A DNA stretch of 64,000 bases from Macrostomum hystrix (taxonomy: Eukaryota > Animalia > Platyhelminthes). Shown here one piece after another: positions 44,601 to 55,834 of the stretch (position 1 is its first letter; each line of letters opens with the position of its first letter). Location of the stretch: assembly GCA_950097015.1 (NCBI GenBank), contig CATNEN010000038.1, positions 23,684,001-23,748,000 on the forward strand, given 5' to 3'. The translations under genes were made by a program, and so were the position numbers. The notes under the pieces were generated by a model. It was not told where the DNA came from, searched no databases, and worked only from the letters and a program-made list of their open reading frames with translations.

Positions 44601-45575
44601 CAATTTAAAACATCTACTAGGTAATTAAAAAATAAAAATAATGACACTAGACCCAAGGGCCAGTGCAGGTGTTGTGTGTCAAGCACACTAGCAGGTGGGG
44701 ACTGCACACCTATTGTACTCCCCGGCTCTCTCGGACACCGGTTGACAGCTGCATGTCAGCCATGGAATTTGTTTTTTCCAAACATATCGGCGGCATCCAA
44801 ACCCCACAGAATTGCCGCACATAACTGCTTTATTCCACGCCAGCCAGAATTATTATTACCCGACGAAATGTCGGTACTCATTTGCAGCTGAGTAGACTGT
44901 GTGCACATCAGGGCAAAGTAGCTTGCCAAAGGCTAGACTAAATCGGGAGTCGAACCCAGGACCATCTGATCCAGAGTCCGACACCTTACTGACTGAGCTA
45001 TCCGCCCTACTAGGTAATTACTAGGTTAAAAAGCTTAAATTAGCAAATATGAAAAAGTCAGTCTGGTAAAGAAATAATTAATAATGAAAATAATAGAGAT
45101 AATAAATAATAAGTCTCACATTTAAATACTAATTCACCTTAATTAACTTTCCTATTTCAGTTCATCCACTCTCTGGATAACTCTAGTTGGCTTAGAGTGC
45201 GTCCAATCAGTTTCTCACCTGGCCAGCTGTTGCAGCCTCAATGCGCTAGTCACGCACTCGTTAACACCTAGCCAATTGGGCCCAATGAGTGCTGCAGGTA
45301 TGGCCTGTAGCTCATTGGCTAGGCTATTCGCTCCAATGGCCGCTGGTAGCCTATTAGCCACCCAATGGACGTCGTCTCTAGTATCGTCATCGACGCCTGA
45401 ACTAGCAGATTTGGGCCTACCATTTTTACTCCTAGGCTTAGTGATAATCCTGTGCTGCGTGGCTGGCCTACCATTGTGCAGTGCTGTCCAATCGTGTCAG
45501 CAAATTAATAATAATCAAAATGATGCCGATGCTGATGTTGATCAGCCAGGACCACCGCCAAGTGGTACTGTTTAA
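41654..45575 (+). CDS. Divergent major facilitator superfamily membrane protein (ZIFL1-like)
   Basis: Phase-consistent exons 41654-41944, 42477-42533, 42632-42714, 42859-44200, 44283-44362, 45161-45575. Sequence: TYLHPFLPDMIKSFG..EAGTYIGMVLSSFHMGRMLGCYAW, GWCLGCLIGPLIGGCLA, AWCATDRELGGLSF, SSLARLFAPMAAGSL. Multiple hydrophobic helices in two blocks with a long central loop. Confidence 0.75.
42135..42435 (-). mobile_element. tRNA-derived SINE family C copy
   Basis: Similar to 23625-23890 and 50060-50340 (…AAATGAATGTGGCCTC…ACCGCTCCGCCACTCACCTC). Confidence 0.7.
44628..45006 (-). mobile_element. Full-length tRNA(Gln-like)-derived SINE family B with TSD
   Basis: Minus strand 5' GGCGGATAGCTCAGTCAGTAAGGTGTCGGACTCTGGATCAGATGGTCCTGGGTTCGACTCCCG (A and B boxes); TTATTTTT tail; 14-bp TSD CTACTAGGTAATTA at 44614-44627 and 45007-45020. 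Confidence 0.87.
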
Positions 45576-48003
45576 ACAAAATTGTGCGATCAATTATTTT
45601 TTTTCTTGCCAGGGTGTATACAGGAATCATTTCAATGTGATAGCAAAGCTTTAATTAACGTGTTGTCAAAAATCTTGCCCGCTTTTTTAAACATTATAGT
45701 CACCTTTTTATTTAGACTAATTCTCTTATCGATGATCAAAACCTGATAGCAGTTTATAACCATTACAGTCGTTTTTTATCTCTAATTTGGATTAGCATAA
45801 TAAAAGTTCTATTATATACCGATAACAAAGATAACACATAAATTATCCAAAGGAAACATTGTGCGGCACGCTTTGTAGGGCCTTGGCACTTACGCATATG
45901 GAGCAATTAGTTAGTTAATTACATCTCGATTTGAGTTGTGGATTTTCTTATCAAAAGTTTCGCAAACCTCATTATTTTACAAACAAATTTGATGAACATT
46001 TATAAATTATCATGATTGTCTTTTTCAAGAACCAGTAGCCTTTTCCATATCGCTTTTGTAATATCCAATATTCCAAGCGTTGGAAAATAAGAAACAATAA
46101 AACATTCCGACCAGATGTCAGATTTTTTAAAAACCATTTTTTATTCTTATTTTAGCTTTCTGTTTAAAGTTTCTCCACATTTCCCCATTTTTGTTACTTC
46201 TAAATATTGATTAAAAGCTTAAAAACTTATCTGATCAAGTCTTAAAAATGTGCAAAGTTGCTTTTTTAACGTAAAAGTAATCTGTATCGAGTTTTGGTTT
46301 TGTTGCTTTTTTGAAACGGAATTTTTGTACCATGTCCTGCATTTTTGTTGTCTTTTGTACACTCGTCTCGAATTTGTAAAAAATACTAGTTGGTTTTATA
46401 AGAAACTGCAGCATTTGTGAGTCCTGTACAATGCTATACTGAGCGTTCTTACTCGCGGCTCTAATCATAAGTTTTTTATGGTGTTACTGGCTGTAGTGGT
46501 TTGGCAAAAGTTAGCGAATTTCTGGAGAAATGGCTGGAGACCCTACTGCTAAAGTCAAGATGAAAGTTTTCTAGATTTTTTTGTTTCTTATCGTGTTTGC
46601 ATTGAAGCCTGATTATATACTTTGTTCATCTTTTCTTCTAACTGCTTCTAGCATTCATTCTGCTTTTTTAGTATTTCCTGTTTTTTAATATTTTTTCATA
46701 GAAAGTCTTCTCTGGTCTTTTGTTTTTTCCACAATGTCCATGTTAACAGTCTATGACCTTTGTTTGGTTAGGTGTCTGAAAAGTAAAAAAAGTAAACTTT
46801 TTTATTATAGTGGTCTAAACTGAAATGATAGTGTTCTGCAATTTATACAAATATGAGCTGTTTCGTCATTTCTATATTTTATTGCTATTTTTACTGTGTA
46901 AAATCGAATCTCTAGTTTTGAATTCAACTGTTTTTGCTATAACTATGAGCGAATTTGTGTAGTCATGTCACCAGTCACTGCAGACATTACAAACTTTTAA
47001 TTTTTTAAGCTTTAAAAAATTTACTGACTTTTCCGTGTAGACTTTTTGTCTGTAAAAGTTTCTCCACAAACGCTTAGACGTTGTTGCACTGTTAATGATT
47101 TTTAGTAAGAATAAAAAGAGTGACATGAAAACTGGTATACTTTTTGTCATGTCAGTATTGTCAGTCTTGCTTTTTTCAACAGTTTTGGTGTCTCGCGTCA
47201 ACTTAGTAAAGTTTGAATCCTCAAACTCATCTGAAACCGCTGCTTTTAGATATATTTATTTAAAAAACATTCTACCTAATAATAGTGTTACTTCTTTGTA
47301 CGCGTTTCGTTGTATGCACTTTCGATTGAACTGTGCTACTATGAGTAGCTAACTTCAGTTGCGTACTATTTATGTGTTTTGTTTTTTGTGAGCTTGGTTT
47401 GCTAGTCAATGGTCTAATTTCATTGCCCGAGAAAACTAAAAAAGATCCAAATTCAATTAACTATTTTTAGTATTAAATTATCTAAATTTTTATTCTACTC
47501 CCAGAATTTAGAAACATTATTTTTTCTATCAGTTTTGATCTTGAAACTAACATCGAACATTTTATTTATTTGCTAATACGGCTTTTCGTGTATGCATCGT
47601 GTGTTCGTCTGTCAGTTTTTTAATGAGTAAATTGCGACTGAAAAAATAATAAACATAAAATGCAATTTTTGTCGTTTTATTAAAAAAATGTTTGTTTGTA
47701 TTATTTTTTAAAATTAATAACAAGTAACAAACCAGTTTAAGTGTCATCATTGTCAATTTTGTATTGCATGAAGGTATTTTAATCATAACTAATTAGTTCA
47801 AATCTCATTTTAATAAACACAGTTTATGACCTTAAGCAAGACACTATATTTCCACAAGCTTTAGTTCACACATCTGCTTATCTACTTATAAGAATTAACT
47901 AGTATGGTTCTAAACAAATCAGTTAGAACGCTCTTGCTCATGGCTGAACTGTTCCAGTCTGTTTAATTCGCCCCTCTATCGCAAATTCAACAATTCAGTC
48001 ACA

Positions 48004-49730
48004 ATGGCATCGGCTCCATCTGAACCAATAGACAGTTTTGAATCGATGGGAATCGTTGAGCCGCTGCTACGCAACATTTACAGCTACGGATTTGCTAAAC
48101 CGTCAAAAATGCAATCTAAAGCTATGCCAAGCTGTCTGAATGGCTGTCACGCATTGGTTCAATCGCCATCTGGTACTGGAAAGATGTCTATGGCTGCTAT
48201 GGTTACTATGCAGTCTGTCTGCGGCTCAGCTAGCTCCAAGTCCGATGATAACTTGTCACGGCCTAATGGACAAGTACAAGCTGTTGTGTTAGCACCGACA
48301 AGAGAAATGTCGTTGGCTGCTCAGTTGGTTTTATCCGCACTTGGTGAAACACTGGGAGTTCGATGCCGCGCCTGCCTTGGAGGTGTGAAGGTACTCAAAA
48401 GGATGTTTCAAATGGCGGGCATCAAATGTGATTCCGGGTTATTAGACCATGATTCATCTTGTGGAATCAAATAACGATTCCAGGTGTGTTATCAGATAAT
48501 GATTCCATGTGTGCTATAATATAATTATCGCAGGTGTGCTATCATAAAATTATTGCAGGTGTGCTATCATATAATTATTGCAGATGTGCTATCAGATAAT
48601 GATTCCAGGTGTGCTATCATATAATTATTTCAGGCGTGCTATCAGATAACTATTGCAGGTGTGCTATCAGATAACTATTGCAGGTGTGCTATCAGATAAT
48701 GATTTCAGGTGTGCTATCAAATAATTATTCCAGGTGTGGTATCATGAAATTAGTCCAGGTGTGCTATCATAACATTATTCCAGGTGCTATCAGATAATGA
48801 TTCCAGGTGTGCTATCAAACAATTATTCCAGGTGTGCCAATAAACATAGGTGTGGTATTATTCGATTTATTCAATGACAGGATAGTAGTTTTTTTTAAGT
48901 AGTTTTTATGAGGGCAGCTAATGAAAAAAGTCTGCACTTTGCTATACGAAATAATTTTCTCTCTATCGCCCTCGCCAAATGATGTTAGACGCAGGAGCTG
49001 AAGTCCCAACTTGAATCTGGTGCAGACATATTGATTGGCACGCCTGGACGCATAGCCGATTTAATAAATCGAGGCTGGCTGATTACAGCTCAAATTCGCT
49101 TGCTAGTGCTCACCGAGGCTGACGATTTGTTGAGAACCGGCTTTAAAGAAAATATTATTCAACTGCGAAATTATTTGCCCAGTAATTTGCAGGTACGTTT
49201 TCGTCTACGATGTGCTTGTTCTCGTAGTTTGAAAAATCTTAATGAGCTATTTAAATTATTATATAACGTTTAGCATAACAGTGATCCATCTAGATCGTAA
49301 GTTAGTCACTGTACACCAGCAGGGAGTCAATGTACATCGTCAGGGGGTCATTGTACATCAGTAGTAGGCCAATGTACATCAGCGGTCAATGTACATCAGT
49401 AGTAGGCCAATGTACATCAGCGGTCAATGTACATCAGTAGTAGGCCAATGTACATCAGTGGTAGGCCAATGTACATCAGCGGTCAATGTACATCAGTAGT
49501 AGGCCAATGTACATCAGCGGTCAATGTACGTCAGTAGGGGGTCGATGTACATAAACGATGTAGGTCGTCTGTTAGTCAATGAAGTTAAATCAATTTTAAC
49601 CCATACAATAAGTTGCCACTCTGTAATGAAATTCTAGATTCTGATATTTTCCGCCACTGGCCCAGCTGAACTGCACCAACTAGTTAGTGAGCTAAACATC
49701 GCTCCGGAACTGCTGCACATATTCAAATAG
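48004..49730 (+). CDS. eIF4A-like DEAD-box protein, N-terminal RecA domain only (227 aa), degenerate motifs I and II (predicted pseudo-helicase)
   Basis: Exons 48004-48390, 48989-49192, 49638-49730 (all phase 0). DSFESMGIVEPLLRNIYSYGFAKPSKMQ (Q motif, eIF4A-type), SPSGTGKM, LAPTREMS, GG, IGTPGRI, LVLTEADDLL, IFSAT, then a stop 23 residues after SAT. Confidence 0.82.
48460..48850. repeat. ~26-bp repeat (CAGGTGTGCTATCAGATAATTATTG)n in eIF4A-like intron 1
   Basis: Visible units. Confidence 0.88.
49310..49550. repeat. Alternating 17/21-bp repeat with AATGTACATCAG core in eIF4A-like intron 2
   Basis: Visible units. Confidence 0.85.
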
Positions 49731-50059
49731 CCTAGCATCATTCTTCGCTCAGCCTAAAGTTGGACAATTCTACGAGCTACGTCAATCTTTTTCGACCTGG
49801 TGGATTATCTTTGCTACTTTATTGGACTCCAGATTGTGGTATTTTTGGCACCAAAGGACACAACAATCGTTATAAACTACACTATAGTTCTTCACAGAAA
49901 CTATATCTATATACTAAAAATGAAAACTATCTATATATATATATATCTATGTAGATTTCTAAAATTGTTATCTTGGTCCATTGAAAAATGGTATTCCAAT
50001 TTCAAGAAAACTCTCAATCGATTTGTAGGAATTTAGTAAGACGAATGTGACTTTAGACA

Positions 50060-50340
50060 TGCAGCGAGCGAGGAGGCAAGTCTGACCGTTCCGCTGACTC
50101 CTGAGCACACACGCACTGATACCGTACGCAGGCACACGCTCACACTTGTGTGTACATCTGCCCTGACTTTCTCATCTTCAGGCAGTGTACACTCTCACTG
50201 TGCCTTGGAGGTTGGTCCTCAAGGGCGTCAATTGCACAACAAGCCTCCAAGCCTTCTCTCCGCGGCTGCGCCTCAAAATGAATGTGGCCTCGCCGTGGAA
50301 TCGAGCAAACGGGTTAGACCGCTTTGCCACTCACTCACCT
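50060..50340 (-). mobile_element. tRNA-derived SINE family C copy (internally deleted head)
   Basis: Shares CGCTGACTCCTGAGC and GCGGCTGCGCC..AAATGAAT..GCCTCGCC..GGAAT and GTTAGACCGCT..GCCACTCAC with the 23625 and 42135 copies. Confidence 0.68.
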
Positions 50341-50799
50341 ACTGATTTTTATAAGCATCTCAATCAAATTCTTGGAAATTCTTCATTGATTCAATAAACA
50401 TTTTACCCTTTTCTAAAAAAGTTTGTAAGTGTAGTATGTACGGGTAATTATTTTACCGTTTGTAATCTCTCAGAAACATTTTTATGAAATTGTGTAAACA
50501 ATATATTTTTAATCCGTTTTTAAGAGCATTATGTACCGAGTTATCGATTTATCGAAATTCACTCTTTTTTCTTAAATTACGGGCAAAATGTCTATTTTAT
50601 CTGGCTTGTAATGAGTTATTGAAGGCTGTGATAACTAATGCTTTTCCGCAAATGAACTGTGATACATTTTCTGTTATATACAAGCCTATCTACGAGAGTG
50701 CATTGAACAGTCCCTTAATATGTTTGAGCACATGAGCAGTATTCTTTTTCTTATTTTCCTTTAGGGAGTTTGCAGTGAAGTGGATTATCGTAGGACTAG

Positions 50800-51508
50800 T
50801 ATAGCTTTTGCCATTCAATCTCAGTGTTTTGTCATTCATACTCAGCCCCCATAGAATTAATCCAGCCAGTTGGCGCCGTTTGGCCCATAGACTATCGCTC
50901 TGTGCCATTCAATCTCGGGTTTTGTCATTCAAACTCAGGCTTTAATGTGGAGAAGGAATGTGGATAAGGAATGAACAGGTTATTATTCCTCAGCTCGGCT
51001 CATGTAACACAGGACCGAAAACAGACTTGTTAAATTTGTTAAACATAATGCAGTTCATACACATTACAAGTCAAACACCTCTAGCATCATGGTGAGGAAC
51101 ATACGGATTTTAGCGGAATTGTTAATGTCTTGGATCAGAATAGTGACTCAGAGAAAAGGAATTTGCATAATGCACCGTGGAAACAGTCGGCTGCAGGCAA
51201 TCTTCCAGTTCAGAGGCGTCAGTGTCCAGTGCAACGTGGCCAGGCGCTCCATGTAAGCATATGGCCCATGTAAGTTGGGCCATGTAAGCAAATGCTATAG
51301 AAGAAATTTGTAATTTCGTTGTCTTTGGGAGGACTGCGTTTGAGAGACCGAGCTTATAAAGCCTGCGTTTGAATAACAAAACCCGAGATTGAATGGCACA
51401 GAGCGATAGTCTATGGGCCAAACCGCGCCAACCGGCTGGATTAATTCTATGGGGGCTGAGTACGTAGTATTAATGACAAAACACTGAGATTGAATGGCAA
51501 AAGCTATA
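50800..51508. mobile_element. MITE with ~145-bp terminal inverted repeats (TA|TAGCTTTTGCCATTCAATCTC...), immediately upstream of TEX10
   Basis: 50800-50943 is the near-perfect reverse complement of 51359-51508; TA at both ends (possible TSD). Confidence 0.88.
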
Positions 51509-51592
51509 GCAGTTTATAAAAAAACTAATTATATACCAGTATTTCGCCGATTCACTTTCCAGTTGCCTCGCATTTGAATTTAGCCAAGCGTC

Positions 51593-54500
51593 ATGGTCAA
51601 GCATCACAAAAAGAAGGAGAAGAATGCTGATTTTGTTAAAGTGCGTCTAAAAGTTGGCAGAAAATTGCCGAAATGTTTAAACGAAACTAAAATCAGTTTG
51701 GCGACAGGTAAAATTGTTATTCGCGGCCAGGAGTCAAGCACCGCCACGACTTCGGTTGTCTCAGATGTTGTCGACTCTCTGATTACACAACCGCCGCAAT
51801 GGTCGGTTGGTCAGGCCCTGTTAAAAAAGTTGCGAGCTAGCCAAATGGACGAGAGATTAACAGCTGCCAATAAGCTTGTCAGGTTAGTGTACGATGGATA
51901 CTAGGTCTTTGTTTGAAGTAAGCCTAGTAATGATTGGGTAGGTTTGGGAAGGATTGTGAAGGTTTGGAAAGAATTGGGTGGGTTTGGGAAAGATTGGGTA
52001 GGTTTGGGAAAGATCGGGTAGGTTTGGGAAAGATTGGGTAAGCTGCATGTTGATTGGGTGTACTACCAATTAATTTGATAGGTTGCATTAGGATTGGGTA
52101 GGGTGGTAAAATGTAGGAGTGGTTTTAGATATATTTAGTAAATTTTGAAGTAATAAATGTTAATTGTTTTCTTACAAATTCACGGCAGGTGGCTATCAGA
52201 CTTGGCCAGCAGTCAGCAGCAGCAGCAGCAGCATCGAACAGTGCCATTCGCTGTGCAGGAACTAACCGAATACTTGGCTCCCTGTCTGCGCGATCCAACC
52301 AGCCCACAGTTGCGCTCCTCTGCTCGCAAAATATTCTCCGGCCTTCTCACCTGCGGCGCAGCCAATCAGCCGGTGTGCCGGCCAGCACTGTTTCAAGCTC
52401 TGCGCACCTGCTGGTCGCACCCGGACGAGGCTATACAATCTGAAGCTGTGCCAATGCTGGAGTCACTGCTGGACTTGGCACCTATTGTACTATTGGAGAG
52501 GACCAATGAGCTGCGAGCTATGCTCAATCGCAGCTTGAAGAGGCGCTTGATTGCTGCCGCGTCATCTAATTCGTCTGCGGCGGCTTCGTCAGCGACTATT
52601 GCTCTGCGCAGCCGAGATCAGCTGATGTCTCTAGCCGGCTGTGTGGCCAGATTTGCCGACTTATTAGCTGATAAATATGGCGGTGAGGCGTTCGGTTCTC
52701 AGATTTTTTAAAGCTGCCTTTTAGTGCTAGTTTGAACTTAGTTAACTTATAATATAACCTGTGTAGGATTACTTAACATTTTTAATTAGCAGGTAGATAA
52801 CTAATTTGTGTAGGATATCTATATGATTCAAAATCTCACCCTGGGTCAGAGATGACTCAAAATCCCACTCTGGGTCAGAGAAATGACTCAAAATCTCACA
52901 GTAGGTCAGAGAGATGACTCAAAATCTCACCGTAGGTCAGAGAGATGACTCAAAATCTCACCGTAGGTCAGAGAGATGACTCAAAATCTCACCGTAGGTC
53001 CGAGAGATGACTCAAAATCTCACCGTAGGTCAGAGAGATGACTCAAAATCTCACCGTAGGTCCGAGAGATGACTCAAAATCTCACCGTAGGTCCGAGAGA
53101 TGACTCAAAATCTCACCGTAGGTCAGAGAGATGACTCAAAATCTCACCGTAGGTCCGAGAGATTACTCATAATCTCACCGTAGGTCAGAGAGATGACTCA
53201 AAATGTCACGCTACGTCATACTCTGCATCGTCATAAGATAAAATAAATTGAGCCAATCAAACCACAATAGGCCCCAGTGGAGCTCACAGTTTAATCGACC
53301 ATGAGCAGCAGACTGCAAGTCAGCAAATCTCCGACAATTTCGATCTGAACGAAGCCTCCTGGTCCAGCTATCAGTTGTCCTGGCGCATCGATTTCGCCGC
53401 ATTAGCCGGCGGCGACGCGGCAGATTTTGTCGTCAGCTCGTCGTCGACAGTCGACAATAACGCCGTGGACAATATCGACAATCTAGACGTTGATAAAAAT
53501 ATGGAATTAGAGGACGAATTAGTTGAGGCAGACAGTTTCGAAAGAAATTTCGCCAATCTAATTAAAGAATTGTTTCCCGGCGAATTCTCCGGTCGAGTTG
53601 GTGGCGTCAGCGGTCACGCCGAGTTTCTCACACTCCTGCGCTGTCTCAGGAGCCTCCTGGCTTTGCACTTTGCGCGCTGCAGCGCTGCCTTTTCTGACTG
53701 CAGCGACCGGCTCTGGTGGCATTGCGACTGCTTCTCTGCCGGATTGGGCGCCGGTGGGTTCGCCTAACTCAGTCTAGCTTGAGAAGTAGAGTGCGGTAGA
53801 TTGATCAGTAGCTTGAGAAGTAGAGTGCGCTAGATTGATCAGTAGCTTGAGAAGTAGAGTGCGCTAGATTGATCAGTAGCTTAAGAAGTAGAGCTTGATA
53901 GAAAGATAAGTAGGTTGAGAAGTAGTGTGGTAGGTTAATTAGCTTGAGAAGTAGTGTGTTGTAGACTTATCAATAGCTTGAGAAGTAGAGTGTTGTAGAT
54001 TGATCAGTAGCTTGTGAAATAGAGTGTTGTAGATTGATCAGTAGCTTGAGAAGTAGAGTGTGGTAGATTGATCAGTAGCTTGAGAAGTAGAGTGTGGTAG
54101 ATTGATCAGTAGCTTGTGAAATAGAGTGTTGTGGATGAATCAATAGCTTGAGAAGTAGAGTGTTGTAGATTGATCAGTAGCTTGAGAAGTAGAGTGTTGT
54201 AGATTGATCAGTAGCTTGAGAAGTAGAGTGTTGTAGATTGATCAGTAGCTTGAGAAGTAGAGTGTTGTAGATTGATCAGTAGCTTGAGAAGTAGAGTGTG
54301 GTAGATTGATCAGTAGCTTGAGAAGTAGAGTGTGGTAGATTGATCAGTAGCTTGTGAAATAGAGTGTTGTGGATGAATCAATAGCTTGAGAAGTAGAGTG
54401 TTGTAGATTGATCAGTAGCTTGAGAAGTAGAGTGTGGTAGATTGATCAGTAGCTTGTGAAATAGAGTGTTGTGGATGAATCAATAGCTTGAGAAGTAGAG

Positions 54501-55787
54501 TGTGGTAGATTGATCAGTAGCTTGAGAAGTAGAGTGTTGTAGACTTATCAATAGCTTGAGAAGTAGAGTGTTGTAGATTGATCAGTAGCTTGTGAAATAG
54601 AGTGTTGTAGATTGATCAGTAGCTTGTGAAATAGAGTGTTGTGGATGAATCAGTAGCTTGAGAAGTAGAGTGTGGTAGATTGATCAATCGCTTGAAAAGT
54701 AGAGTGTTGTAGATTGATCAGTAGCTTGAGAAGTAGAGTGTTGTGGATTTATCAATGGCTTGAGAATATTATGTTGTTAGCCACTTTTCTTTAGACGTGG
54801 TAAACGATTGTAGTGTTATAATTCTTCATTCTTTATTGCTTCCTAGATCCGAGCAAAAAGCAGCAGCAGCAGCAGCAAAGGTTATTGCAGAGACACCATC
54901 ATCGCAGCAGTTCAACTTGTCAAATCGCGGTGCACGATCTGCTCTCTACTATCCTCTGTCCGCTTTTCCCGCTGTCTGTGACGCCAAACAGTCCTTCAGC
55001 AGCAGCAGCAGCAGCAGCGGGCGCCAGCCAGTCAGCCAAGAAGAAGCAGAAACAGCAACGTTACCGGCCAGGCGGCGGCAAGGACACACTGAGAGACGCC
55101 TCCAGCAAAGCCTTGGAGTTGAACAATCTGATTGTTGAATGCGCCCTATTAGCTGGGCCAAGGCTTCAGTCTGCGGCATCTGCATCTTCAACGGGCCTCA
55201 TGGATTCATTCGCAATCAATGTTTATCAATTCTTAGCCGATCGATACGCTAAGAAATTGACTTTTAAAATTAGTCCAATGGAGGCTAACTATTGGCTGTC
55301 AGCCAGCTGTCGGCTGATCTTCTCGCAGCAGCAGCAGCAGCAGCAGCAGCCGAGTTTGGCTACCAATCCATTGGCTCGCCTATTTCTAGCATTCTTTGCC
55401 GACAGTCTGCGCAAAAATCGATTTCATCAGCCCGAGCCTGTTGCTAATTTTCTAGTGAATTTGGCAAGGCACTTGCATACTACTACTACCGCAGCTTTCA
55501 GTCCTAGTAGTATGGCTAGCATTTACAACGATAGCCTAGATTTTCTGCCGCAGTACCTGATTGATCAGTTCGATTCAGCGCAGCTTCACCTGCTGCCTTC
55601 CGCTGCAGCTGCTCAGACAGCGGAGCAAAGCACCGCCTGTACAGCAGTGCGCTGTCTGCTCCTGCTGCTGGCCTGCGAGTTTCCCGGCGCCAGATCTGCC
55701 GCGACTGCTGCCTGCGACCGCCTGATTCGCTACTGTCCTGACAGACTGCTCAGGCGCAGTCTCAGTGCGGCCCTCGCGGCCTCTTAA
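51593..55787 (+). CDS. TEX10: TEX10/Ipi1 homolog (Rix1/rixosome complex, pre-60S maturation), ~735 aa
   Basis: Phase-consistent exons 51593-51882, 52189-52682, 53271-53753, 54847-55787. N-terminal signature KKKEKNADFVKVRLKVGRKLPKCLNETKISLATGKIVIRGQ and Ipi1_N-like WSHPDEAIQSEAVPMLESLL. Confidence 0.85.
51930..52105. repeat. 20-bp G-run repeat (GATTGGGTAGGTTTGGGAAA)n in TEX10 intron 1
   Basis: Visible units with multiple GGG tracts. Confidence 0.8.
52825..53210. repeat. 31-bp repeat (ATGACTCAAAATCTCACCGTAGGTCAGAGAG)n in TEX10 intron 2
   Basis: About 12 units, most containing TGACTCA. Confidence 0.93.
53775..54765. repeat. 34-bp repeat (AGCTTGAGAAGTAGAGTGTTGTAGATTGATCAGT)n in TEX10 intron 3
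   Basis: About 29 units. Confidence 0.95.
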
Positions 55788-55834
55788 TCTAAATTCTCAA
55801 ATCGTTAACTGTAGCTATCACATTGATAAATGGC

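Noticed and set aside
46100-47800. AT-rich spacer with several short Lys-rich ORFs
   Set aside because: No recognisable domain, termini or consistent splice model; it may be a decayed element but I cannot support a call.
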